Positions 56,939 to 64,000 of a DNA stretch of 64,000 nt are shown one piece after another. Positions within the stretch are counted from its first letter, which is position 1; each line of letters begins with the position of its first letter. The notes under the pieces are model-generated. The model had not been told where the DNA came from, made no database searches, and saw only the letters and a program-made list of their open reading frames with translations. Source of the stretch: a virus. Made by a program: the position numbers and the translations under genes. Location: IMG/VR virus record IMGVR_UViG_3300046780_000427, positions 1 to 64,000 of that record. One strand, written 5' to 3'.

Positions 56939-57379
56939 ATGGCTGCAACCGCCACCACCACCCGCAAGGCCGGCGACGTGATCGGCGTAGACCACCCGGA
57001 CTACGACGGCCAGCGCTGGGTGATCAGCAAGGCCGGCCCCGCCAACTACTCCTGCCGCCCCGAGGGCGACCCGCAGGCCCGCGGCCTCCGGGTCCCGCAC
57101 TACATGGCCACCGACCCGCCCGAGGCCGGCACCGTGTCCCGCCGGACCAACCGCCCCGCCGGCCTGCGCGTCGGCGCGTTCGTCACCGGCGCCCGTGCCC
57201 GTGGCCTCACCCCCGAGACTGTCCTGTTCGTCACCAAGGACGGCCCGGACAAGGTGACCGTGACCCTCCCCGGCGGCGACGACCTGTGCCGGCACTGGAA
57301 CCTCCCGGTCCGTGGCCTGACCGTGGTCCCGCTCAGCGTCGCCGCCGAGATGCTGTACCGGGAGCACTGCTCCGCGTGA
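56939..57379 (+). CDS. hypothetical protein (two SH3-like halves)
   Basis: Leader-driven ORF. Confidence 0.7.
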   Translation: MAATATTTRKAGDVIGVDHPDYDGQRWVISKAGPANYSCRPEGDPQARGLRVPHYMATDPPEAGTVSRRTNRPAGLRVGAFVTGARARGLTPETVLFVTKDGPDKVTVTLPGGDDLCRHWNLPVRGLTVVPLSVAAEMLYREHCSA

Positions 57380-57454
57380 CCCTGTGACTGCCCGCCCGAG
57401 CCGGCCTGCCCCGGTCCGGGCGGGTTCATGTTCCCTATGGGCAACTGTCCCTAA

Positions 57455-57497
57455 CCCCTGCTACTGTTGACACGTAAGCAACCCGGAGAGAGGGAAC
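57455..57497 (+). promoter_or_regulatory. conserved cassette leader copy 4
   Basis: cccctgcTACTGTtgacacgtaagcaacccggagagagggaac. Confidence 0.8.
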
Positions 57498-57500
57498 CCG

Positions 57501-57716
57501 ATGACTGACATGACCGAATGGAACAGGGCCTACACCGAGGCCAACACCGCCGCCCTGACCAGCTACAAGGCATATTCGCTGCCTGACCTCGCCGCCGCGA
57601 AGCGGGCCCTGTGCGACACCTCCCAGCTGGTCAACTACCCGGACCTGCCCTCACAGGGACGCCTCGACGGCACCATCGCCGCCGTTGACACCCTGATGGA
57701 GAGGATCGCCCGATGA
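57501..57716 (+). CDS. hypothetical protein
   Basis: Leader-driven ORF. Confidence 0.7.
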   Translation: MTDMTEWNRAYTEANTAALTSYKAYSLPDLAAAKRALCDTSQLVNYPDLPSQGRLDGTIAAVDTLMERIAR

Positions 57717-58030
57717 GCACGTTCACTACTGCCCCGGCGTCGAACACCCGCGTCGTCGTTGACCACGACACCTACGGCCAGTACATCGGCCAGACCGGCA
57801 CCGTTGTTGAGATCACCCCCGCGCTGGCCGCGATCAAGTCCGTTGACCTGACCGGGACCGTGTGGGTGTACCTGGACGGGCAGCGGGACTATGATGCGAC
57901 CTCCGGTTATGCCAGGTCTGAGCCGGTCGGGTTCGACCCGTCTGAGCTGGCCCCCGCCGTGACCGTTGGCACCCCGGACCTGACTACTGACACGGACCTG
58001 ATCGAGCACGCCGCCAAGACGGCCTCATGA
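57713..58030 (+). CDS. hypothetical protein
   Basis: ATGA coupling. Confidence 0.65.
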   Translation: MSTFTTAPASNTRVVVDHDTYGQYIGQTGTVVEITPALAAIKSVDLTGTVWVYLDGQRDYDATSGYARSEPVGFDPSELAPAVTVGTPDLTTDTDLIEHAAKTAS

Positions 58031-58042
58031 CCCCGAGGCCCT

Positions 58043-58085
58043 AACAGTCCTCCTGCCCCGGCATCAAGGCCGGGGCAGGGCTGTT
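58043..58085 (+). terminator. hairpin terminator candidate
   Basis: cctgccccggc atcaag gccggggcagg with flanking aacag/ctgtt. Confidence 0.55.
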
Positions 58086-58241
58086 CTGGGTAGTCGATAC
58101 CTGGCGTGCCCTTCCCGGGCCGCCATGGTGCCGCGTGGCGCTGCTGGCGCTATGCCTGGCGATACCGGGGCCGCAAGATGAGCTACTACTCATCGCCATC
58201 ACTGCTCTACTCCGCGCACGGAAGGCAAGGAAGGAAGCGGC

Positions 58242-58400
58242 ATGACGCCATATGCCAAAGCGAGGGCATTCATGCTAGGCGTGATTGAGTTTCGCCGCAC
58301 CTGGACTACGCACATTTCCGACGATTGTATTAATGCCTATGACCGCGGGCGGGAGATTGCTCATCGTCTCACGCTGCGTAGATGGGAAGACGAGTCATGA
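58242..58400 (+). CDS. small hypothetical protein (not in ORF track)
   Basis: AAGGAAGGAAG RBS; MTPYAKARAFMLGVIEFRRTWTTHISDDCINAYDRGREIAHRLTLRRWEDES. Confidence 0.6.
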   Translation: MTPYAKARAFMLGVIEFRRTWTTHISDDCINAYDRGREIAHRLTLRRWEDES

Positions 58401-58501
58401 CTCAGGAACAGATACAGGCCATTGCGGATGCCTGCCACCAACACGGCTACAACTTCGAGCTAGCACTGCGCACGGCGCAGCGTGACGGCGTACCGCTCTA
58501 A
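58397..58501 (+). CDS. 34-aa hypothetical protein
   Basis: ATGA coupling; MTQEQIQAIADACHQHGYNFELALRTAQRDGVPL. Confidence 0.45.
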   Translation: MTQEQIQAIADACHQHGYNFELALRTAQRDGVPL

Positions 58502-58557
58502 TGTCCGGGTGAGCGTGACCCTGGCCTGACCCAGGGCCTAGGACGGGCGCGGCGGGC

Positions 58558-58576
58558 TGTCAACAAACTGTTGACA
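58558..58576. promoter_or_regulatory. TGTCAA-N7-TTGACA palindrome, copy 8
   Basis: tgtcaa caaactg ttgaca. Confidence 0.88.
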
Positions 58577-58600
58577 GGAGGGATGGTCTCCCCCGCCGCG

Positions 58601-58644
58601 CCCCTGCTATTCTGAACACGTAAGCAGGACCCGGAGAGAGGGAC
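58601..58644 (+). promoter_or_regulatory. conserved cassette leader copy 5
   Basis: cccctgcTATTCTgaacacgtaagc...ggagagagggac. Confidence 0.8.
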
Positions 58645-58648
58645 CCAG

Positions 58649-58945
58649 ATGATCGACTACAGCACCACCGCAGAGATCGAATTCGGCGACCCTGAGACCA
58701 TCGAGGTCGGCCAGCTCCAGGTAGGCGACTACGTGGTGAGCATCCCGGCGCAGGGCAGGACCCGAGGCACCAACGTCCGGTCAGCGGTCAAGCAGATCAC
58801 CGAACGGCCGACCGGCTGGTACACCCAGTCCAGGCCCCGCGGCCCGAAGTTCCCGATCCCCTCGCGGGTGCTGGCGTTCCTGTCCACCGAGGACAGGTTC
58901 GACGTGGCCTGCTCCTACCAGGTGATCGTCCGCCGCCCGATCTGA
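58649..58945 (+). CDS. hypothetical protein
   Basis: Leader-driven ORF. Confidence 0.7.
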   Translation: MIDYSTTAEIEFGDPETIEVGQLQVGDYVVSIPAQGRTRGTNVRSAVKQITERPTGWYTQSRPRGPKFPIPSRVLAFLSTEDRFDVACSYQVIVRRPI

Positions 58946-58984
58946 CCCTGACCGGCCCGGCCCTTTGGAGAGAGGGAACTGACA

Positions 58985-59224
58985 ATGAACACTGACACCC
59001 AGGCCCGCCCGAATGAGCATGGCGTCACCTGGTCTCCGTCCAAGTCCGGCCGGATCCAGATCGCGGTTGGCCCCGATGAGCCCGGCGTCGGCCGCCACGT
59101 CGTCCGGGTGTGGCTGATCAGGACCGGCACCCACGACCTGGCCAACGGCTCCCGCACGTTCACTGGCCCGGACCGGGTCACTGAGGCCCGCGAGTACGCC
59201 AACGAGCTGTGGAGGACCCGGTGA
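58985..59224 (+). CDS. hypothetical protein
   Basis: Preceded by ccctttggagagagggaac (RBS half of the leader). Confidence 0.7.
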   Translation: MNTDTQARPNEHGVTWSPSKSGRIQIAVGPDEPGVGRHVVRVWLIRTGTHDLANGSRTFTGPDRVTEAREYANELWRTR

Positions 59225-59589
59225 TACTGACCTGGCGCAGGCTCGCCTCCGGGAACTACGCGGCATTCGGTGAGGGCGGGTGGTTCTACCTCGCCGGTCG
59301 GCTCGACTCCGGGTGGTTCCTGGAGGAGGGACCCGCCGACGACGCAGGCACCTGTGAGACCGTCTACCGGCTCCGCACGCTGGGCGCGGCGCAGGCCGAG
59401 GCTGAGGAGCAAGAGGAGACCTCCGGGCTCCTGTGCGGCCGCTACAACATCACCCGGCCCCACGCAGCGGAGCTGATGGCAGCCGCCCGGAAACACCCCG
59501 ACCGGGCCTGCTTCCGCACCCGTTACCAGACCGTCCAGCTTGGCACCGACGCGGGCGGGTACACGGTGGAGGTCCTTGACGCCGTGTAG
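59221..59589 (+). CDS. hypothetical protein
   Basis: GTGA coupling. Confidence 0.6.
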   Translation: MILTWRRLASGNYAAFGEGGWFYLAGRLDSGWFLEEGPADDAGTCETVYRLRTLGAAQAEAEEQEETSGLLCGRYNITRPHAAELMAAARKHPDRACFRTRYQTVQLGTDAGGYTVEVLDAV

Positions 59590-59610
59590 AAACGTGTTAC
59601 CGTCAGGACT

Positions 59611-59639
59611 GGCCCCCGCCCTCCCCCCCGGCGGGGGCC
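59611..59639 (+). terminator. hairpin terminator candidate
   Basis: ggcccccgcc...ggcgggggcc. Confidence 0.5.
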
Positions 59640-59741
59640 GATCCCTGTCAGGAGGGAAGTGATGCCCCTGGCCAGCCCTGACGCCTTTGATCTCATCCTG
59701 TGCCCCGGTCCTCGGATCTCCTCCAGGCCGGGGCACAGGCG

Positions 59742-59760
59742 TGTCAATGGGATGTTGACA
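59742..59760. promoter_or_regulatory. TGTCAA-N7-TTGACA palindrome, copy 9
   Basis: tgtcaa tgggatg ttgaca. Confidence 0.88.
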
Positions 59761-59783
59761 ACCCGGCTGGTCCTCCCGCCTAA

Positions 59784-59828
59784 CCCCTGCAATGATTGAC
59801 ATGTAAACAGCACCCTGGAGAGAGGGAC
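59784..59828 (+). promoter_or_regulatory. conserved cassette leader copy 6
   Basis: cccctgcAATGATtgacatgtaaac...ggagagagggac. Confidence 0.8.
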
Positions 59829-59830
59829 CC

Positions 59831-60064
59831 ATGTTCACTAGCGCTGACGGGACATGGCGGGTGCGGCCCGTCGAGCTGGACCAGCCGCTCCGCCCCTGTG
59901 CGATGGCGTCCCTGCCCGGTGCCCCCGCCGAGCACCTGTGCGTCACCCGGCACGGGTTCGTCGTCGCGAACGTTCCGGCCCCGCGGCTGCCCTCGGGGCT
60001 CCTGGACCTGGCGGCCCTTGCCGCCGTGCTCCCGTTCCCCCTGGCTGAGCTGAGGCCCGCATGA
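59831..60064 (+). CDS. hypothetical protein
   Basis: Leader-driven ORF. Confidence 0.65.
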   Translation: MFTSADGTWRVRPVELDQPLRPCAMASLPGAPAEHLCVTRHGFVVANVPAPRLPSGLLDLAALAAVLPFPLAELRPA

Positions 60065-60387
60065 AAGGCAACGTCTGGGACGACGGGCTCGGCGGGGTCC
60101 GGCTCCTGTCCGGGCAGTGCGCGACGTGCATCTACCGGCCTGGCAACCCGATGCGCCTGGAGCCCGGCCGCCTTCAGGACATCACCGCCTCGGCCCGCGA
60201 AGCGGACGGGTATGTGATCTGCCACGACACCCTGTCCTATGGGGAGCACCCGGAGACCGGGGAGGCCCTGTGCCGGGGGTTCTACGACGCCTATCAAACC
60301 CGGTTCACCCAAGTAGGTGACCGGCTGTCCTGGTGGCGGGAGATCCCGCCTCCGGGCCTTACCCAAGGGGAAGAGTCCCGTGACTAG
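60061..60387 (+). CDS. Cys-containing hypothetical protein
   Basis: QCATCIYRP...ICHDT...ALCRGF. Confidence 0.7.
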   Translation: MKGNVWDDGLGGVRLLSGQCATCIYRPGNPMRLEPGRLQDITASAREADGYVICHDTLSYGEHPETGEALCRGFYDAYQTRFTQVGDRLSWWREIPPPGLTQGEESRD

Positions 60388-60535
60388 ATCAACTGCCCGC
60401 CGCGTCCGCCGCAACCTGTACCTGGCACAGCGGACCCTCGGTGACCTGGACGCGGCCTCCCGCGGCCGGCTCCCCCGCCGCCTGGTGCGCCGGCGGCTGA
60501 CACGGTCGCTCATGCGGGCCTTGTCCGGGCGCTAG
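60380..60535 (+). CDS. small Arg-rich protein
   Basis: LYLAQRTLGD..A...GRL.RRL.RR. Confidence 0.55.
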   Translation: MTRSTARRVRRNLYLAQRTLGDLDAASRGRLPRRLVRRRLTRSLMRALSGR

Positions 60536-60572
60536 GCCCTGTCCCTGGGACCTGGCAGGCTAGGCGGTTAGG

Positions 60573-60591
60573 TGTCAAGGATTCATTGACA
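60573..60591. promoter_or_regulatory. TGTCAA-N7-TTGACA palindrome, copy 10
   Basis: tgtcaa ggattca ttgaca. Confidence 0.88.
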
Positions 60592-60625
60592 TCCGGTGCG
60601 GTAAATGCTGGTTACCCTCCCGGCA

Positions 60626-60671
60626 CCCCTGCAATAATGGACACGTAAGCAACCCTTTGGAGAGAGGGAAC
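60626..60671 (+). promoter_or_regulatory. conserved cassette leader copy 7
   Basis: cccctgcAATAATggacacgtaagc...ggagagagggaac. Confidence 0.8.
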
Positions 60672-60672
60672 C

Positions 60673-61140
60673 ATGAACATCACGCAGACTGCCGGCACCG
60701 AGATCGCCGCCTACGCCCCCTCGGGTGTCCTGGCCCTGGTCCCCGACCTGACCCCGGTCCGGGTTGCCCCGGCCAAACCGGTCAAGCACTGCCAGGCCCC
60801 CGCCTGCGAGACGGTCATCGGCTCCCACGGTGACACCCCGAGGGCCAGGCTGGGCCGGCGGTTCTGCTCCGACACCTGCCAGCGCGCCGGCCGCCGCCAC
60901 GAGCGCCACACTGAGACCGCCGACTACACCCGGATGGCTACCAGGGTGATCCGGAAGCTGGGGCAGCGGGTCGGCACCGACTTCGACCAGCTCGGGGAGC
61001 TGGCCGAGATCGCCGCCGCCGCCGACCAGGCGATGAGGGTTGCCGTCTCTGTGATGCGCGAGCGGGGCCTGTCCTGGGCTCTGATCGGGGACCAGCTCGG
61101 CATCACCCGGCAGGCCGCGCAGCAGCGCTTCGGCCGGTAA
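60673..61140 (+). CDS. Zn-finger + HTH DNA-binding protein
   Basis: CQAPAC...FCSDTC; GLSWALIGDQLGITRQAAQQRFG. Confidence 0.75.
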   Translation: MNITQTAGTEIAAYAPSGVLALVPDLTPVRVAPAKPVKHCQAPACETVIGSHGDTPRARLGRRFCSDTCQRAGRRHERHTETADYTRMATRVIRKLGQRVGTDFDQLGELAEIAAAADQAMRVAVSVMRERGLSWALIGDQLGITRQAAQQRFGR

Positions 61141-61187
61141 AAAACAATCTGAGGGCGGGGCCGGGAACGCTGGCGCTGCCCTCCACT

Positions 61188-61230
61188 CCCCTGCAATAAT
61201 GGACACGTAAGCTACTGGAGGAGAGGGAAC
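61188..61230 (+). promoter_or_regulatory. conserved cassette leader copy 8
   Basis: cccctgcAATAATggacacgtaagctactggaggagagggaac. Confidence 0.8.
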
Positions 61231-61233
61231 CCG

Positions 61234-61893
61234 ATGGCGCACCCGATAAGAGCCACCGTTCTGCACCCGAGCACCACCCAGCAGGGATACAAGTACCGGG
61301 GCGCGCTGCGCGATGCCCAGGGCCGGGTCGAGTGGACCTGTGAGCACCTGCACGCCAACCGGGACATGAGCCCTGGTATCCGCCAGTCCGCGCGGGACTG
61401 CGCCGCCGCTGAGCTGGCCCGGCGCACCACGGAGGCAGCACCCAAACCGGGCCCGGTCACCTGCCGGACTGTCGTACCGCACAGCGACCAGGGAGAAGCC
61501 ATGAGCGGTGACCTGACTGCCTTCCTGCGGGCGCGGCTCGATGAAGATGAGGCCGAAGCAAAGGCGACGGCAGACGCCGACGCGGAGTTCTGGGCCGACG
61601 TCAAGGGAGACGGCACCCACTTCGGCCTCCACGACCCGGCCCGCGTGCTCCGCGAGGTCGCGGCCGGGCGGGCGATCCTGGGTCTGCATCACCCCACGCA
61701 ACCGCATCCAGAGTTTGGCTTCACCTATCCAGGGGCGGCGAAGTTCTGCGGCTACGACGGACCCGGGGACAACTGGCAGGCCGAGCATGAACCGGATCAC
61801 TTCCCAGATGCCCTGTGGCCCTGCTGGACCGTGCGCCTGCTCGCCGCCGTGTACAGCGACCACCCGGGCTACCGGCCGGAGTGGAAGCCCTAG
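61234..61893 (+). CDS. hypothetical N-terminal domain in frame with a DUF6221-like domain (own start at 61501)
   Basis: LTAFLRARLDEDE...HDPARVLREV...WPC.TVRLLAAVYSDHPGYRPEW. Confidence 0.7.
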   Translation: MAHPIRATVLHPSTTQQGYKYRGALRDAQGRVEWTCEHLHANRDMSPGIRQSARDCAAAELARRTTEAAPKPGPVTCRTVVPHSDQGEAMSGDLTAFLRARLDEDEAEAKATADADAEFWADVKGDGTHFGLHDPARVLREVAAGRAILGLHHPTQPHPEFGFTYPGAAKFCGYDGPGDNWQAEHEPDHFPDALWPCWTVRLLAAVYSDHPGYRPEWKP

Positions 61894-62006
61894 TTCACCC
61901 GAGCGCACCGCCCTCCCGGCCGCGCCCGATTCCCCCGGATGGCTGCCATGACCGAGCACGGCCCATTCCTGGAGGTCACCCGCCGCCCCTAGCCGGCTGT
62001 CACCCG

Positions 62007-62052
62007 CCCCTGCTACTGTTTACACGTAAAGCACCCTTTGGAGAGAGGGAAC
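62007..62052 (+). promoter_or_regulatory. conserved cassette leader copy 9
   Basis: cccctgcTACTGTttacacgtaaagc...ggagagagggaac. Confidence 0.8.
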
Positions 62053-62057
62053 CTGAC

Positions 62058-62354
62058 ATGACACTGACCGCCGCCGACGTGGCCGCCACCCTCGACAACC
62101 CGGAGCACCTGGGGTTCGGGTACGCCCGCACCCGCGCCGATGGGCTGCCGGAGGCCACGGTCACGGCCCTGGACGCCGCTGTCGCCGCCGTCGCCAACGA
62201 GCTGGGCCTGACCGCCGGGCAGTTGTTCCACTGGTCGAACTCCAAGCACGGCCGGTGGCTGACCGACGCCGTGTGGGGCCGCGGCGAGCCCGCCACCCCG
62301 GCCACCGTCCGCGAGTACCTGACCGCGCGCACCGTCGCGCAGGCGCAAGCATGA
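62058..62354 (+). CDS. hypothetical protein
   Basis: Leader-driven ORF. Confidence 0.7.
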   Translation: MTLTAADVAATLDNPEHLGFGYARTRADGLPEATVTALDAAVAAVANELGLTAGQLFHWSNSKHGRWLTDAVWGRGEPATPATVREYLTARTVAQAQA

Positions 62355-62704
62355 GCCGGTACACGGTCTGGGCCGGCAAGCCCCTGGCCGACCAGCCCGC
62401 CACCCCCACCCGGCCAGCCTCAACAGGCCGGCATGCGCAAACCTACCGGCGCACCGTCACCGGCACCCGGGCCCAGGCGATGGCCGTCGCTGTCGCCGTC
62501 CCCGACGATGACCTGCATTCGCTGGTCACCGTGGACAGGTACGACGGATGGGACCGGCTCCTCCGGCACCACAAGACGACCCGTGTGGCGAAGCGGATCC
62601 ACGGGGCCTGGCTGACCGGCCAGATGCTCGCCGACCACGACGAGGCCGCCCGGATCGACCGGGCTAGCAAAGCACTGGCCGCCGCAACAGCGGCAGCAAA
62701 CTGA
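62351..62704 (+). CDS. hypothetical protein
   Basis: ATGA coupling. Confidence 0.6.
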   Translation: MSRYTVWAGKPLADQPATPTRPASTGRHAQTYRRTVTGTRAQAMAVAVAVPDDDLHSLVTVDRYDGWDRLLRHHKTTRVAKRIHGAWLTGQMLADHDEAARIDRASKALAAATAAAN

Positions 62705-62719
62705 GAGAGGGAACCTGTC

Positions 62720-63211
62720 ATGAGAAAGCGCACTATCGTTTTCGGGACCGCCGCTGTCGGCGTGGCCGCGCTCATCGTTATCGGTGCCGTCACGGCATCA
62801 CCGCCCCCGGCCAGCCACCGGGCACCTGCCACGCAGGCCGCCACCTCGGCTCCTGCCGCCGCCACGGTCCCGGCCGCGCCTGCCCCGCCGCAGTTCACCC
62901 CGGCGCAGCAGCAGGTCCTCGACTCCGCCGAGTCCTACCTGACGGACGGGCAAGGGTTCTCCAAGGCCAGGCTGATGGACCAGCTCACGTCCTCCTCCGG
63001 TGAGGGGTTCTCCCACCGGCTGGCCAGGTTCGCGCTCGCCCACCTTCAGGTCAACTGGAATCAGCAGGCCGTCCTGTCCGCCAAGGGATACCTGACCGAT
63101 GGGCAGGGGTTCTCCCGCTCGGGGCTGGTGCAGCAACTCGAATCGGCCTTCGGGGAGCAGTTCACCCCGGCGCAGGCCCGCCACGGTGCCGCCGTGGCGA
63201 TGCGAGGCTGA
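62720..63211 (+). CDS. Ltp-family surface protein (superinfection exclusion candidate)
   Basis: N-terminal anchor, Pro/Ala linker and two repeats: SAESYL...FSKARLMDQL...EGFS and SAKGYL...FSRSGLVQQL...EQFT. Confidence 0.8.
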   Translation: MRKRTIVFGTAAVGVAALIVIGAVTASPPPASHRAPATQAATSAPAAATVPAAPAPPQFTPAQQQVLDSAESYLTDGQGFSKARLMDQLTSSSGEGFSHRLARFALAHLQVNWNQQAVLSAKGYLTDGQGFSRSGLVQQLESAFGEQFTPAQARHGAAVAMRG

Positions 63212-63237
63212 TCCTGGTGTCTGACAAAGGAGGCGTG

Positions 63238-64000
63238 ATGTGGCACCGCAGGAGGACCTGCCCGGACTGCGGGCTCCGGCATGACATGAGGGCCTGTCAG
63301 GAGGGCGGGTTCACCTGCTCCTGCTGTGAGGCTATCGAAGCCATTACACCCGAGCAGGCGTTCGCGATCAGCCCGATCAACAGGTGGTGGCCGGCTGACC
63401 GGCCACGCCAGGCTGGTGTCGTTGCCGGCCTCGGCACCACTGCTGCCGTGTGGTGGGCGTTCGGCCCGGTGGCGGCGGGGGTGTCGATGTTCACCCTGTC
63501 CGGGGTGGCCTACGTGATCGCCCGCCTGACCGGGGAGGAGATCTCGGGCCGCATGGCCCTCGCCCGGGACATGGCGGCCGAGTCGATGCTGCACCTCCTG
63601 CACGACCCGGCCGGGGTGTCGTCGGTGGCGATCGTCGGCCCCGCCCGTGGCCCCTACAGGTGGCTGGTCTGCTACCGGGACGGCAGGACCGCAGGAGGCT
63701 GGGGACCCACTGAGCGGCTGGCCCGCAGGTGGGCGTTGGCCTGCGCCAGGTGGCCGAAACGGCGGAGGATGCTGAACATGACCTACCGGACTTTGCGGAT
63801 CAACCCGGCGACCGGCGGGATCATCCTGGACCCCCCGGGCACGCTGCCCACCCAGGCTGAGGGTGACCTGATCATCCGGCCCCGGTGCCCTCGGTGTAAG
63901 CGGTCGGTGGCGGTCGAGTTCGGCGACGTGTCCCTGCCTGGTGAGCCCGAGGCGTGGCTGCCCGTCGTGGCGTCCTGCCGGACACCGGACTGCACCAGGC
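63238..64000 (+). CDS. hypothetical membrane/Zn-binding protein, truncated by window end
   Basis: AAGGAGG RBS; MWHRRRTCPDCG... stays open to the end of the window. Confidence 0.6.
   Translation, partial: MWHRRRTCPDCGLRHDMRACQEGGFTCSCCEAIEAITPEQAFAISPINRWWPADRPRQAGVVAGLGTTAAVWWAFGPVAAGVSMFTLSGVAYVIARLTGEEISGRMALARDMAAESMLHLLHDPAGVSSVAIVGPARGPYRWLVCYRDGRTAGGWGPTERLARRWALACARWPKRRRMLNMTYRTLRINPATGGIILDPPGTLPTQAEGDLIIRPRCPRCKRSVAVEFGDVSLPGEPEAWLPVVASCRTPDCTR

Noticed and set aside
3249-60591. TTGACA halves of the palindromes as ordinary -35 promoter boxes
   Set aside because: The copies I checked lack a credible -10 at 16-18 nt, and strict pairing with TGTCAA at N7 is not explained by promoter function
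56887-62052. CRISPR array interpretation of the repeated leaders
   Set aside because: Repeats are degenerate, separated by 0.5-1.2 kb of genes, end in RBS-ATG, and no cas genes are present

Overview
The window looks like most or all of a high-GC (about 70% by eye) actinobacterial siphovirus genome, probably from a non-mycolate host since no LysB is seen. Rightward packaging, head, tail and lysis genes occupy 0.1-30.4 kb. A leftward arm (30.7-42.2 kb) carries two glycosyltransferases, a methyltransferase, ParB, HNH, RecT and YqaJ. A rightward arm (42.7-64 kb) carries an AAA helicase, a papain-like peptidase, DUF932, an Ltp-like protein and many small genes. No integrase, DNA polymerase or classical repressor is recognisable. 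Four features stand out. (1) An operon at 52.6-56.9 kb (ParB-like, C5 cytosine MTase with motif X GNAV changed to GRAV, AsnB-like amidotransferase, CmoA-like carboxy-SAM synthase) predicts 5-carboxymethyl-cytosine DNA hypermodification followed by amidation. (2) Ten perfect TGTCAA-N7-TTGACA palindromes are spread across the genome, four of them inside genes and encoded as V-N-x-x-L-T. (3) An array of small-gene cassettes shares a roughly 45-nt leader (extended -10, ACACGTAAGC, GGAGAGAGGGAAC). (4) A probable virion-glycosylation system is present. All family assignments come from motif recognition by eye, not from database searches.
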